Part shown: piece after piece, positions 36,418 through 46,896 of the stretch
Layout of the letters: each line of letters opens with the position of its first letter
How positions within the stretch are numbered: the first letter of the stretch is position 1
DNA from: a virus
Taxonomy: Duplodnaviria > Caudoviricetes
Direction: 5' to 3' (one strand)
Virus record (IMG/VR): IMGVR_UViG_3300031519_004379
Coordinates: 1-53,472 of that record
Length of the DNA: 53,472 nt
Position numbers and translations under genes: made by a program
Notes under the pieces: model-generated
What the model was told of the DNA's origin: nothing
The model's database searches: none
The model's input: the letters and a program-made list of their open reading frames with translations, nothing else

Positions 36418-37234
36418 CGCCAACGAAGTTTTGGTAGATCAGAGTGGGGGAAACTTTGTTCTTTCCATTACGCAAATTGGTGAAGACAACAGCGCTGGCG
36501 TTTACATATATGGCGATAACAATAACATTACGCAATACCAAGAAGGTAATTTTAATGGCATTGGTGGCACAGGTGTTGCCCTTGGCAGCAACAACACACT
36601 AACGTTTATACAGACAGGCCAATACAACCAATTTGAAGGTAGAATGTCTGGTGACAACAACGTGGGTGAATTCTTCCAAGGCGGTACTGGGGAGAGTGGC
36701 CACATCGGCATTACACTAGATGGCGATGGAAACAATGTCAGGGTTTATCAAGGTAAGCGACAAGACGGTGGTATGGATGCTGTAGAAGGTGGAGATCACG
36801 AAGCGTTCTGGACTGTTACTGGTAGCAACAATGTAGTAGGTAGCTATCAAACAGACAATGCTGAAAATTGTTGTGTTTCGGCTCATCATACAGCAAACAT
36901 TGTCGTTGGTGACCTTAATAATGTCGTTGTTAGACAACAAAGCAATGGCGCACACATGGGGTTTGTTGAAGTACAAGGCAACAACAACAATGTTGACTTA
37001 ACTCAAACAGGTAATGGAAGTAAGTTTACTGATATAGTGCTTACTGGTGATGGACACAGCACAACAAACTTCCAAGGAGGTGGGGGCGCACATAGTCTTG
37101 AGCTTAACTTATACAACGGAGGTGGTGCATACAATGTGAATACAAACCAAACCAGTAGTATTAATCAATCATACACTCTTACTGGCGCATGCACTAATCC
37201 AGCAGGTTGCGGGATAACAATTACTCAACAATAA
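36353..37234 (+). CDS. Curlin-repeat secreted protein (CsgA/B-like)
   Basis: Signal peptide; many QxGxxN repeats, Gly/Asn/Gln rich. Confidence 0.75.
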   Translation: MQYTISVLVLAITILTFANTSNANEVLVDQSGGNFVLSITQIGEDNSAGVYIYGDNNNITQYQEGNFNGIGGTGVALGSNNTLTFIQTGQYNQFEGRMSGDNNVGEFFQGGTGESGHIGITLDGDGNNVRVYQGKRQDGGMDAVEGGDHEAFWTVTGSNNVVGSYQTDNAENCCVSAHHTANIVVGDLNNVVVRQQSNGAHMGFVEVQGNNNNVDLTQTGNGSKFTDIVLTGDGHSTTNFQGGGGAHSLELNLYNGGGAYNVNTNQTSSINQSYTLTGACTNPAGCGITITQQ

Positions 37235-37243
37235 GGAACAAAA

Positions 37244-37588
37244 ATGGATATTATTTGGGCATTGGCCTTTTCATCACATTTAGGAATGAAAGGTGGTTTC
37301 AACGAAGTACACCCACATGTTAGAGTAGTCAACGATGATAAGATAGCAGGAGCATACTATAACAGCGAAAGTCGTTTGAGTTTGTATGCTGGATATAGAT
37401 ACGAACTCAACAACGTAGGCGCTGAACTTGCATTAGTAACAGGATACAACGATAAAGTAGTTCCATATATAAGAGTTACCTACGATTTTAACGATAACAT
37501 TAGAGCATATGCTGCACCAGCTAAATACAGTAGTGAAGTGGGTGACGATATCGGCATAGTTATTGGATTTGAAATGATGATTAAGTAA
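37244..37588 (+). CDS. Small outer-membrane beta-barrel-like protein
   Basis: NEVHP, GAYYNS..RLSLYAG, LVTGY motifs. Confidence 0.55.
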   Translation: MDIIWALAFSSHLGMKGGFNEVHPHVRVVNDDKIAGAYYNSESRLSLYAGYRYELNNVGAELALVTGYNDKVVPYIRVTYDFNDNIRAYAAPAKYSSEVGDDIGIVIGFEMMIK

Positions 37589-37614
37589 AAGCATTATCTC
37601 AGGGGGCAATAATA

Positions 37615-39402
37615 ATGAGATCACTATTAATAAGCAGCGTATTAGCTGCACTTCTAAGTACAACTGCAATAGCAGGTAACGTAATAATAGAAAACGAATA
37701 TGTAAAAGCTGGTGTAAATGAAACATCAGGCACATTTGGTAGTGGCGGTAATACACGCCCGGGATTACAATACGACAGCACAGGAACCAGCACATTCCCA
37801 GCAGACAGCGCACAAGGAGATTACTTAACTCCCGGTTCTCCCTTTGACGGATTTACCGTAAATGTTGATGGAACTGCATACACTAACAATAACGGTGGGG
37901 CAAGTGCCATTGCTGGCAACGGGTGGACAGGAACACCTACAACAAACAGTGCAACGTGGAGTGGCGGCGTGTCAAGTGTATTTGATATTACCAACACATA
38001 CAGCTTGCCAAGTGGTCAAGAATACATTGACATCACAACTGCCATTACAGCACAGACAGCCATTACTACACTGAGGTTTGGGCGCTTTATCGATCCAGAC
38101 GCAATGCCAGAAACAGGCGATACAAGTGCAACAGACAACGTACTAGGCTACGGAACTATTCCAGCAGCACATGTTGTGTTCTCAGAAGCAACAGTAAGTC
38201 GTTATGCTCTAGGACTTTATTCGACAGACAGTAACGTTGGTGCTGGCATTAGTAGTAGATGGAGTACAGACCCTAATGACTACGCAACAGGTGGCGATTA
38301 TGCAGTAGGCAATGGCGACCATACTATTGGACTAGGATGGGAATGGACTGGCTTAACAGCAGGCGATATTGTAACTGCAAGTTATGCTTACATCTTTGGA
38401 CCAAGTGCATTTGACGCAGCTACAAGTGCTATTACTGGTGGAGCAGGTGGTGGCGTTGACATTACCACAGGCGCACTAGAAGACGTAGGTAGTGCTACAG
38501 ACGCAGCAAGTGGCCCTACAGTAGTAGGTAGTGCTAGTTCAACTGTAACAACACACGCAGCAACAGAAACAGCTACAACACAAACTATTGCTCGTTCAAC
38601 ACTAACTTCAACGTGGGATGTATACAGTGATGCAAGTTTGGGAACGCCTGTAGTTGTAACAACTGATCCGGGCAGTTTTGTAGGCAGCATCAATCAAATA
38701 AACAATACACAAACAATGCAAAATATGTCAACTCGTGGATTAGACTTTGACAGCGTAACTATTGTGAACAGCAATGCATCTAACGGCAAAACAAGTGGCT
38801 TTGTTATAGGTAATGCAAAAGAGCTTGACAACGGTACAACTGTTGGTGCAGGCATTGGACGTTTAGCAACCAACACAACCAACGCAGACGGCAGTGCAGA
38901 TGCAAGTTCAACTATCCTTAACCTAAACGGTGATAAGAAAGTACAAGGCGGAACTGTTAGTGTTGACCTAACACACGGTATGATGGATTTAACAACCACA
39001 AGAACTATTGGCGACTTTGCTAACGCAGGTACAACATCAGGAACAGATACATCAGTGGGCATACGTTTTATTGCTGATGGTGAGAAGGTTCGTCCAGTAG
39101 TTGGTTACACAAGAGGACGCACAACAGTTGGCGGTTACACAGAAACTGGTTCAATCCAAAGCGCAAGAACAGTAGCAGACACTACTGACTACTATGGCTA
39201 TGCTACAATCGGCGCACAAGTTACACTAGCTTCGGGTCTTGATGTACAAGCACTACGTCACACAGACGGAGTTAATGTACTGTCACTAGATTTTGATAAA
39301 GAATGGGGTGAAAATAAATCTTTTAACTTAGGCGTAAATCGTACACTCAGTGACTTGGGCAACTCTACTAGCATTAGTGCTGGCATACAGATCAAGTTTT
39401 AA
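37615..39402 (+). CDS. Autotransporter-like outer-membrane protein
   Basis: Signal peptide, Thr/Gly-rich passenger, C-terminal beta strands (GYTETGS), terminal Phe. Confidence 0.65.
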   Translation: MRSLLISSVLAALLSTTAIAGNVIIENEYVKAGVNETSGTFGSGGNTRPGLQYDSTGTSTFPADSAQGDYLTPGSPFDGFTVNVDGTAYTNNNGGASAIAGNGWTGTPTTNSATWSGGVSSVFDITNTYSLPSGQEYIDITTAITAQTAITTLRFGRFIDPDAMPETGDTSATDNVLGYGTIPAAHVVFSEATVSRYALGLYSTDSNVGAGISSRWSTDPNDYATGGDYAVGNGDHTIGLGWEWTGLTAGDIVTASYAYIFGPSAFDAATSAITGGAGGGVDITTGALEDVGSATDAASGPTVVGSASSTVTTHAATETATTQTIARSTLTSTWDVYSDASLGTPVVVTTDPGSFVGSINQINNTQTMQNMSTRGLDFDSVTIVNSNASNGKTSGFVIGNAKELDNGTTVGAGIGRLATNTTNADGSADASSTILNLNGDKKVQGGTVSVDLTHGMMDLTTTRTIGDFANAGTTSGTDTSVGIRFIADGEKVRPVVGYTRGRTTVGGYTETGSIQSARTVADTTDYYGYATIGAQVTLASGLDVQALRHTDGVNVLSLDFDKEWGENKSFNLGVNRTLSDLGNSTSISAGIQIKF

Positions 39403-39500
39403 TGATAACGTTATTGCCCACAGGTGTGTTTTCACATCTGTGGGTAAACCAACAAATACACAACAGTGATAAATACATCATACTGTAGAGGAAAAGATAA

Positions 39501-41555
39501 ATGCGGAAGATATTATTTTCACCAATTTGGAGTGTAATGATACTTGGTATGTTTGCTTGGTTGTACGTATCCAACCCAGCATTTATAGAAAGTCTTCGCT
39601 TACGTTATTTCGATCAGCTAATTATAAGCCAAGAAGTTGTTCCGAATAACATATACACAGTTAATATTGATGAGACAACATTAAATGAATATGGGCAGTG
39701 GCCATTTCCGCGTGGAGACTATGGTACGATAATCGAAGACCTGTATAATCGTGGTGCTGGACTTGTGGTGTTTAATGTTTTGATGAGTGAGGAAGATAGG
39801 TCTGGTGAAGACGACTTACTTGCATTAACCTTGCAAAACTACCCTGTCATAGTGACAATGCTAGGTACTGAGGAGAATAAAAATGAGCCAATTAATCCGG
39901 GAGCCGCTATTATTAATAGCGATTATATGTATGTTATCCCAAGCGTACTTGGCATTACAGCTAACGTCGATGTCATTGAGTCTAATGCAGTTGGGTCAGG
40001 AATCATCAACACCTTCCCAGAAATAGATGGTGTTACTAGACGCGCACCGTTAGTTTTTGAGAGTGGTGGTACTTTATACCCAAACGTCACAATGGAAGTG
40101 TTGCGAATTCTTGCAGGAGACCCAAGTTTCCAAATTAAATTGTCACCCCTTGGAGTGGATAAATTAAGAATACCACAGTTTGGTATCATCCCAACTAACG
40201 AGGCTGGCGAAGTGTGGATCGATTGGTCGCAAGGATACGAGTCAGTAAGCCTTTCTAATCTACCAGATGACTTTATGGGTGCTGTTGTATTCATAGGTCC
40301 GACAGCTTCAGGTATCACCCAACCAGTAGCAACAGCAATAGGTTCTGTATTTCCGCATGAGATACAAGCCGCGATGCTAGGAACAGTATTCAACGAAAGC
40401 AATATAACAAGAGACGCTGATGCAAAGGCATGGGGCGAACTAGCTGTCTTGGTAGGCGCTGGGCTTATTATAATTGGATTATCTTATTGGACTTTCATAG
40501 GTCTTGGTGTTTTTGTAATGACAATCACTGGACTTATAGGGGGTTCTATCTATGTCTTCAATACTTCGAATATTCTTATTGATGGCGCTACCATTGCTGC
40601 TATGCTCTTGCTCGTTGGTCTTGTACAGTATGTACTCAGGTTCGTAGATGAGTTTCTTCAGAAGCAAGCCATAAAGAAACAATTTGCTGGTTATGCTTCA
40701 CCAGAAGTTGTCAAGATGCTACAAGAGAACCCTGCACTTATCAAAGAGGGTGTCAAGAAAGAAGTCTCTATTGTGTTCAGTGATCTACGTGGGTTTACCC
40801 CATTAGGCGAAAGCTTTGGTGATGATGTTAAGGGATTGACACAGATCATGAATGGTTATATGGACGCTATCACAAAACCTGTTTTAGAATCAAACGGTAT
40901 GATTATCAAATACATTGGTGACGCATCAATGCATATACATAATGCACCGATAGAAGATTTAAATCATCCCAAAACAGGAGTACAGACATGTCTAGATATG
41001 CTCAAAGCGGTGGAGAAATTCAATGAAGATACCATCAGACCTGCTGGCCGTCCTCCTGTTGGCATGGGGGCTGGTATTAATACTGGTTTGGGGTATATTG
41101 GTGAGATGGGATCAACCGCCCGACACTCCTACGATATCCTTGGAGACGCAGTTTCTACAGCAGCAAGACTAGAGAGTGCGTGTAAGAGTTATGGTGTCCT
41201 ATTAATTGTAGGACCTTCCACTTATGCAGCAACCAAAGATGAATTCTTCTATTTAAAACTTGATGACTTGGCTGTTAAAGGCAAGACGATTGGGCTTGAC
41301 ATATACACAGTGTTGGATTTGAGCGCCATGGATAGGGCGCATAATTCTGCAAACGCAATGAGCCATGCCTACATGCACACGAAGTACAAAGCTAAAGGAT
41401 TTAATGAAGCAATCGCTATGTGCAAAGAACTGAAAGGATGTTTTGATGGCCAAATGGATGGATATTACGATATTTGGATTGAACGTTGCAATTACATGGC
41501 AACCCAAGACCTCCCAGAAGAATGGGACGGAATTTTCAGAGCAACGTCTAAGTGA
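39501..41555 (+). CDS. CHASE2-domain class III adenylate/guanylate cyclase
   Basis: GQWPFPR, DGVTRR (CHASE2); 3 TMs; FSDLRGFT, KYIGDA, GAGINTG, GDAVSTAARLE, VKGK. Confidence 0.92.
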   Translation: MRKILFSPIWSVMILGMFAWLYVSNPAFIESLRLRYFDQLIISQEVVPNNIYTVNIDETTLNEYGQWPFPRGDYGTIIEDLYNRGAGLVVFNVLMSEEDRSGEDDLLALTLQNYPVIVTMLGTEENKNEPINPGAAIINSDYMYVIPSVLGITANVDVIESNAVGSGIINTFPEIDGVTRRAPLVFESGGTLYPNVTMEVLRILAGDPSFQIKLSPLGVDKLRIPQFGIIPTNEAGEVWIDWSQGYESVSLSNLPDDFMGAVVFIGPTASGITQPVATAIGSVFPHEIQAAMLGTVFNESNITRDADAKAWGELAVLVGAGLIIIGLSYWTFIGLGVFVMTITGLIGGSIYVFNTSNILIDGATIAAMLLLVGLVQYVLRFVDEFLQKQAIKKQFAGYASPEVVKMLQENPALIKEGVKKEVSIVFSDLRGFTPLGESFGDDVKGLTQIMNGYMDAITKPVLESNGMIIKYIGDASMHIHNAPIEDLNHPKTGVQTCLDMLKAVEKFNEDTIRPAGRPPVGMGAGINTGLGYIGEMGSTARHSYDILGDAVSTAARLESACKSYGVLLIVGPSTYAATKDEFFYLKLDDLAVKGKTIGLDIYTVLDLSAMDRAHNSANAMSHAYMHTKYKAKGFNEAIAMCKELKGCFDGQMDGYYDIWIERCNYMATQDLPEEWDGIFRATSK

Positions 41556-41813
41556 TTTTGGAACAGAACTTAATGAAAAGGTTAATGATCTCAGAAGAAG
41601 AATTGTCCGAATGCAAAAACGAATTGAATACTTCGGGGTCGATAGTGATACGACACCAAGACCTATCTCTAAAGAAAGAGAAAAGGTGGAACCCAGTTTA
41701 CATGACGGCGGGGGGAGTCCCAAACCCAGAGTATCGACAGAAGATGCTTCGGCCCCAACACCTGCTCTAACAAACGCAGAAATATTAAAAGCAAAATTAA
41801 TGGCGAGGAAAAA

Positions 41814-42548
41814 ATGACAAAATATATAGAAAACTGCCACAAGATGGCGCTCTTAGCACAGTACGCATACTTAGATAAAAAAGAAGCCAAACCTGCAATG
41901 CGTAAACTTGGATATACAACCCATGGGTTTATTGAGAATGATGGTGCGCAAGTGCATATAGTTACGAACAGAGATGAGGTAGTTGTCTGTTTTAGAGGCA
42001 CAGAACCAAAAGAATTTACTGACATTAAAGCAGATTTAAACGCACTACCAGATCGTGCATTCAACGGTAGTGGTTTCGTTCATAATGGGTTTCAAATGGA
42101 AGTTGATAAAGTTTGGGATAAAATTACTAAATACCTAGAAGGCAATACTAAAAACAAAAATCTTTTCATCACTGGCCACTCATTAGGTGGGGCAATGGCC
42201 ACAATAGCAACCAGCAGACTTAAGGGTGTAACCGCTTTATATACCTATGGGTCTCCTAGAGTAGGAACCCGTAAATTTGTTACATCTTTCAACGTCCCTC
42301 ATTTTCGCCACGTTAACAACAATGATTTGGTCACTAGCGTACCACCATCTTTCTTCGGATACAAACATCACAGTGATTCCAGATACATTAATTATTACGG
42401 AAACATTAGACCCCTTACCCGTTGGCAACGTATTAAAGATCAGTGGCGTGGTCGGTGGAGAGCGTTAAAAAAGGGAATGCCATTCGACGGTGCATACGAT
42501 CACGGAATACAGCACTACTGCAAATACACGGAGATTAATGATGATTGA
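41814..42548 (+). CDS. Class 3 lipase
   Basis: FRGTE, VHNGF, TGHSLGG, YGSPRVG, DLVTSVP. Confidence 0.9.
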   Translation: MTKYIENCHKMALLAQYAYLDKKEAKPAMRKLGYTTHGFIENDGAQVHIVTNRDEVVVCFRGTEPKEFTDIKADLNALPDRAFNGSGFVHNGFQMEVDKVWDKITKYLEGNTKNKNLFITGHSLGGAMATIATSRLKGVTALYTYGSPRVGTRKFVTSFNVPHFRHVNNNDLVTSVPPSFFGYKHHSDSRYINYYGNIRPLTRWQRIKDQWRGRWRALKKGMPFDGAYDHGIQHYCKYTEINDD

Positions 42549-42840
42549 TATGATACAACAAATGGCGAGTGATCGTCTATGGATATACACAGCATTGGGT
42601 GGTTCTGTATTAGGAGCTATCTTCGTGGCATACATAAGTACGACACGCATTGGTCTTTGGGGTTATGCAAAGGTAGACAACGCAATTGATTTCCTTGTAG
42701 CGCGTTGGGGTTGGACTTGGTTGGAGCAACCAGAAGATGCTTGGCGCAAGAAGTACCCAAAGATAACAGCTAAGATCGACGAAATTGAAAAAAGACTTGA
42801 CGCAGTTGAGCCAAAAAAACTAGGTGGTAAAAAGAAATGA
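42541..42840 (+). CDS. Hypothetical membrane protein
   Basis: One TM; WRKKYPKI motif; start approximate. Confidence 0.6.
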   Translation: MIDMIQQMASDRLWIYTALGGSVLGAIFVAYISTTRIGLWGYAKVDNAIDFLVARWGWTWLEQPEDAWRKKYPKITAKIDEIEKRLDAVEPKKLGGKKK

Positions 42841-43121
42841 AAGTATCAGTGACGGAAAACGCCAAGCAGTATCTAGCGAAAGCAGGCAAGCCAAACGTAT
42901 CACTAGCTGTTAAAGGTGGTGGATGTTCAGGGTTTCAATATGAATGGGGTGTAACTGATAAAGAACCAACAGTTGAAAATCTATGGCTTGATCCAATGGC
43001 GGAGATGTTTATTTTAGGGTGTACTATTGACTATGTTGAAGAACTAGGTGGGTCGTACCTAAAAGTAGTCAACCCAAATGCAACAGCATCCTGTGGGTGT
43101 GGCGAAAGTTTTGGGGTTTAA
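42837..43121 (+). CDS. iscA: HesB/IscA Fe-S cluster carrier
   Basis: GGGCSGFQY and NPNATASCGCGESF. Confidence 0.9.
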   Translation: MKVSVTENAKQYLAKAGKPNVSLAVKGGGCSGFQYEWGVTDKEPTVENLWLDPMAEMFILGCTIDYVEELGGSYLKVVNPNATASCGCGESFGV

Positions 43122-43241
43122 CTAGACACCAAAAACGACCGGGCCTTCGGTTATATAATAGGAGATGGCTGTTTTTGGTGTCTTGACAATGTTTGTTTGA
43201 TTTGCTATAAAGCGTTATCAAAACAAATAAAGGAATAACAA

Positions 43242-43589
43242 ATGCATGTTGAAGTATATTACAATCTTCATAAGAACCTGTTCTCCGTCCGTCATAAGGG
43301 CAGAGTCATAATGCACACATATGATATTCATATCATGAACCCAACCTATGTTGTTCGTCCTGCTGGACGTGCGAAGGTGATTGCAGAAGGCAAGAAGAAT
43401 GTTCACGCATTCATTCGTGGTGAGATGTGCGAAGAAATATTTGGGTTGGATGGCGGAACATCTGTTACTTACAACCCATACAAGTACAATAGCTTTGTGA
43501 ATAAATCTACAGAAGCGCCAATATATCAAAGCAAGGTAGCAGTGCTACACAAGCCAGATCAAGGCGCACCAACAATAACTGCTTATTAA
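43242..43589 (+). CDS. Conserved hypothetical phage protein
   Basis: VYYNLHK..FSV, KNVHAF, YNPYK; TTGACA/TATAAA promoter at 43183-43211. Confidence 0.75.
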   Translation: MHVEVYYNLHKNLFSVRHKGRVIMHTYDIHIMNPTYVVRPAGRAKVIAEGKKNVHAFIRGEMCEEIFGLDGGTSVTYNPYKYNSFVNKSTEAPIYQSKVAVLHKPDQGAPTITAY

Positions 43590-43599
43590 GGAGAAAGAT

Positions 43600-43758
43600 A
43601 TGAAATGGATAATGAAAAAAATTGGAGAGCGTTCTAGCCTAGACGGCATTGTAATGCTTGCTGGTGGCGCTGCTGTCATCGTGTTTGGACCATTGACGCA
43701 AATCATAGCATATGGTGCTATCGCTTATGGTTTATATACTATTTGGCGTAAAGACTAA
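43600..43758 (+). CDS. Small two-TM membrane protein (52 aa)
   Basis: Read manually: MKWIMKKIGERSSLDG...YGLYTIWRKD; AAGGAG RBS. Confidence 0.6.
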   Translation: MKWIMKKIGERSSLDGIVMLAGGAAVIVFGPLTQIIAYGAIAYGLYTIWRKD

Positions 43759-44312
43759 TCAATAAAATCATCCAAGGTGTTGCCAACGTCTTTGCGTTTT
43801 GACAACATCTTGGGGTTATTGGCCCAATAGATTGTGTTTGGTGGTAGGATGCCGTGCATAAACCATGCGTTACCAAAATGAGGTGCGCCACCACCAGTAA
43901 AATCTACCCTGTGATTATACACCAGTGTAGACATGCCATAATCCATAAACATTTGTCCACGCTTTCCGCCTTGGAAAGATGCCACTGGCAAGAACAAAGC
44001 AAATGGTTTTTTCAATGAATAGCAATGCTCAATGAACTTATCTTTTAGGCTGTATGGTGGGTTTGTAATAATACCATCATAAACATCATCACTTGTACAA
44101 TCAAAGAAGTTCTTTCCTTGACTGCCAACCATGTTGTATCCATGCTTATGGAACCCTTCAATTACGTTAGAAGATATGCCACTTGTAGCCTCATAATAAG
44201 TTTTACTCTTGTCAAGATATTCAAGAAGAGGTATAACTTGATCTGCTGGTGTGTAGCATTCATCACTCTCAGCATTTCGTGATGTGCGTTTAATCATTTC
44301 AAGGTTTGACAA
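43755..44312 (-). CDS. DNA amino-methyltransferase-like protein
   Basis: DECYTP, IITNPPYS, KPFALFLP. Confidence 0.75.
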   Translation of the reverse strand: MSNLEMIKRTSRNAESDECYTPADQVIPLLEYLDKSKTYYEATSGISSNVIEGFHKHGYNMVGSQGKNFFDCTSDDVYDGIITNPPYSLKDKFIEHCYSLKKPFALFLPVASFQGGKRGQMFMDYGMSTLVYNHRVDFTGGGAPHFGNAWFMHGILPPNTIYWANNPKMLSKRKDVGNTLDDFID

Positions 44313-44366
44313 TATAAGTCCTTCATATTACTGTTAACACAGATTATAACATAGTAAGCCCAGATG

Positions 44367-45113
44367 TCAATAATAAACCACACTCATTTTAATGGGGTTT
44401 TCGCCATGGGCATAAGCTGCAACGGATGTACTACAATCACCCTGAAGACCCATAAGCAACGAACGTTCTAGATCAGATTGACGATGGGTTAAATCGTGGT
44501 CAGCTTGTTTGACTATGATCTTGGTGTTAATGTCAGTTTTTCTGCATTGCAAAGCGATAGTTCCTTGGCCAACTGCTGGTATAATTGGCAACCTATCGTA
44601 TGTTCTTGAAATGCCAAGTGCTTGTAAACCAGCTTCTGCTAATACAATGGCGTCGTATTCACCAGCATCAAGTTTGGCTAGGCGAGTGTCGATGTTTCCT
44701 CTGATATGCTTAATCTTTACATTACGATCAGCATATAGTTCTTGGAGTTGAGAGGTGCGTCTGGGGCTACTTGTTCCCAAAACAAACCCATCAAAAACAT
44801 TTCCAATGATTACGTCGTGATGTGAGTTGCGTTTTAATGTCGCCACCACTTCAAGATCAGGGTGTTCAAAGTCGCCGGGCATGTCTTTCAGGCTATGTAC
44901 TGCTACGTCAATTTCGCCTGCATTCAAAGCTGTTTCTAAAGCAGAACAGAAAACTCCCTTGCCGCCAATCATATGTACTGGAACGTCAGGATTCAAATCG
45001 CCCAATGTTTTGATAATAACTATTTCGATATCACACGGCAACGCCTTTCTTGCCATCTCAGCATATGCTAGTGCTAACTCGCTACCTCTTACACCGACCC
45101 GCATTATGTCCAC
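44367..45113 (-). CDS. hemC: Hydroxymethylbilane synthase (short form)
   Basis: GVRGSELAL, GGKGVF, AVHSLKDMP, GTSSPRR, IRGNIDTRL, PAVGQG, cofactor Cys in GDC. Confidence 0.92.
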   Translation of the reverse strand: MDIMRVGVRGSELALAYAEMARKALPCDIEIVIIKTLGDLNPDVPVHMIGGKGVFCSALETALNAGEIDVAVHSLKDMPGDFEHPDLEVVATLKRNSHHDVIIGNVFDGFVLGTSSPRRTSQLQELYADRNVKIKHIRGNIDTRLAKLDAGEYDAIVLAEAGLQALGISRTYDRLPIIPAVGQGTIALQCRKTDINTKIIVKQADHDLTHRQSDLERSLLMGLQGDCSTSVAAYAHGENPIKMSVVYY

Positions 45114-45889
45114 CTCACTGTTGGGGGAAGGCTCATTAAAATTGCATCCATATTACCCCCTGTTTTAAAGCCAAAACGCGTACCCCTGTCGTACAACAAA
45201 TTAAACTCTACATATCGACCACGTTTAATTTCTAACGTGTCCCTGTCTGCTTTAGTGTATGGAGTATCACCATAGTGTTGAGTTATGTGACTAACCAAAT
45301 CTTTGAAGGTTCGACCAACATCTTTAACAAAATCAAAGTCCATATCTTTTGGATCGTGGTACTCAAAGAAAATACCACCAACACCGCGTGTTTCTTTACG
45401 GTGTGGTAAATAGAAATACTCATCACACGCTTTGCTGAATTTTGGATAATATTCTGGGTTGTAATAATCACAGATGTTTGCTATGGTGTCGTGGTATGCT
45501 TCTTTATCGAATGACATGCACGGTGTGATGTCCATACCCCCGCCAAACCACTCCTTAGTGCTTGTCTGTAGGTATCGCGTGTTGAAATGCATTGCAGGTA
45601 CGTGAGGGTTCTTAGGATGGAGTACAACGCTTATACCCGTGGCACTATATCGGTTGTGTTCCTCAGTGCCCGGTATTTCATGTGCAAACTCAGGACTAAA
45701 TTCAGAATTGATCTTACTAAAGTTTACAGTTCCCTTTTCGAACACATCTCCATATATTGTCTTGTGGCATTGGGTCCAGCCTTCTTTAGCTGAACCCTCA
45801 TGACTTATCATTTTGCAATCTAGAGTTTCTATAGTGTCACAAATTTCATCTTGGAGGGTTTTGAACCACTCACTATAATCATCAAACAT
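45104..45889 (-). CDS. hemF: Oxygen-dependent coproporphyrinogen III oxidase
   Basis: FEKGTVNFS, HPKNPHVPAMHFNTR, WFGGG, RGVGGIFF, RGRYVEFNLLYDRGT.FG. Confidence 0.95.
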   Translation of the reverse strand: MFDDYSEWFKTLQDEICDTIETLDCKMISHEGSAKEGWTQCHKTIYGDVFEKGTVNFSKINSEFSPEFAHEIPGTEEHNRYSATGISVVLHPKNPHVPAMHFNTRYLQTSTKEWFGGGMDITPCMSFDKEAYHDTIANICDYYNPEYYPKFSKACDEYFYLPHRKETRGVGGIFFEYHDPKDMDFDFVKDVGRTFKDLVSHITQHYGDTPYTKADRDTLEIKRGRYVEFNLLYDRGTRFGFKTGGNMDAILMSLPPTVRWT

Positions 45890-46866
45890 TAACTAAATTT
45901 ACTCCTCACTTGTTCAATAAAATGGGTTACGTGTTTGGTTGGCGTAGTTTTATGTATGCCATGGCCCAACCCACAAACCCACCCAGTGGTATCAACATCT
46001 TTGATGCTCTCAAGCCACTTGTCTAATTCGTAATAATATAGCTTTGTGTCTAGCAGCATATGATGTTCATCAAAGTTACCTTGGACGAACCCATTCGTAT
46101 TTGTTTTTAAAGTCGTTACCAAGTCTTGATTAGAGTCGATGCCAATCCCACACCAATTCATTTTCTTTACTTTTGGCAGACTGCCTTTAGGCAAATCACG
46201 GCTATAGTATCCCACATTACCAATATCAGAAAGCTGTTGAAGCATGGGTAGGTATGTCTTTTCATAATAGGGTTTGCTTACGTTGCCAAGCCCACTATCA
46301 AAAATCATCACTACTTCAGCACCTGCTAGTTTCTGTGCTCTTATACTTCTGGCCATCAATGGAATGATAACCTCATTGAGATACATAGTTTTGAATTTAG
46401 TAGATACTTTATTTGTACCCAAAGCATAATTGAGTACACTCCAAGGACCACCAATAAACCCAATCAGGCTTTTACCAAATGGCAGTTTGGCGCGTGTTGC
46501 CTCTATGGCATTTTGTTGAAATGCAATATGTTCCATTGCTTTTTCAAAGTCAGAGTGATCCCGCCAATTTTCTTCATTGAGGTGAAACTCGAACTTGGGT
46601 GCTGGATCGAAGGTCAATGGAAGTCCAAGACCCTCAAGATGCCAAAGGATGTCGCTAAACAAAATAGCAACATCAAAATCAAATTCTTTAATAGGTAGCA
46701 TAGCAACTTGTGCTGCTATTTGTGGAAGCTTGCACATCTGTTGAAAATTGTATGTTTCTTTCAATTCCATATAAGACGGCTGATACCTACCAGCTTGTCG
46801 CATCATCCAAATAGGAGGACACGACTGTTCTACACGGTTAATAGCGTTGGAAAATTTGGTGTTCAT
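45889..46866 (-). CDS. hemE: Uroporphyrinogen decarboxylase
   Basis: PPIWMMRQAGRY, AILFSDIL, IGFIGGPW, VQGNFD, LGHGI. Confidence 0.95.
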   Translation of the reverse strand: MNTKFSNAINRVEQSCPPIWMMRQAGRYQPSYMELKETYNFQQMCKLPQIAAQVAMLPIKEFDFDVAILFSDILWHLEGLGLPLTFDPAPKFEFHLNEENWRDHSDFEKAMEHIAFQQNAIEATRAKLPFGKSLIGFIGGPWSVLNYALGTNKVSTKFKTMYLNEVIIPLMARSIRAQKLAGAEVVMIFDSGLGNVSKPYYEKTYLPMLQQLSDIGNVGYYSRDLPKGSLPKVKKMNWCGIGIDSNQDLVTTLKTNTNGFVQGNFDEHHMLLDTKLYYYELDKWLESIKDVDTTGWVCGLGHGIHKTTPTKHVTHFIEQVRSKFS

Positions 46867-46896
46867 GAGAATACTTTTTGGTTGTTAAAAAGTTAT

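Noticed and set aside
41443-41817. Gene between the cyclase and the lipase
   Set aside because: Two competing plus-strand frames with no clear start; probably coding but cannot be called
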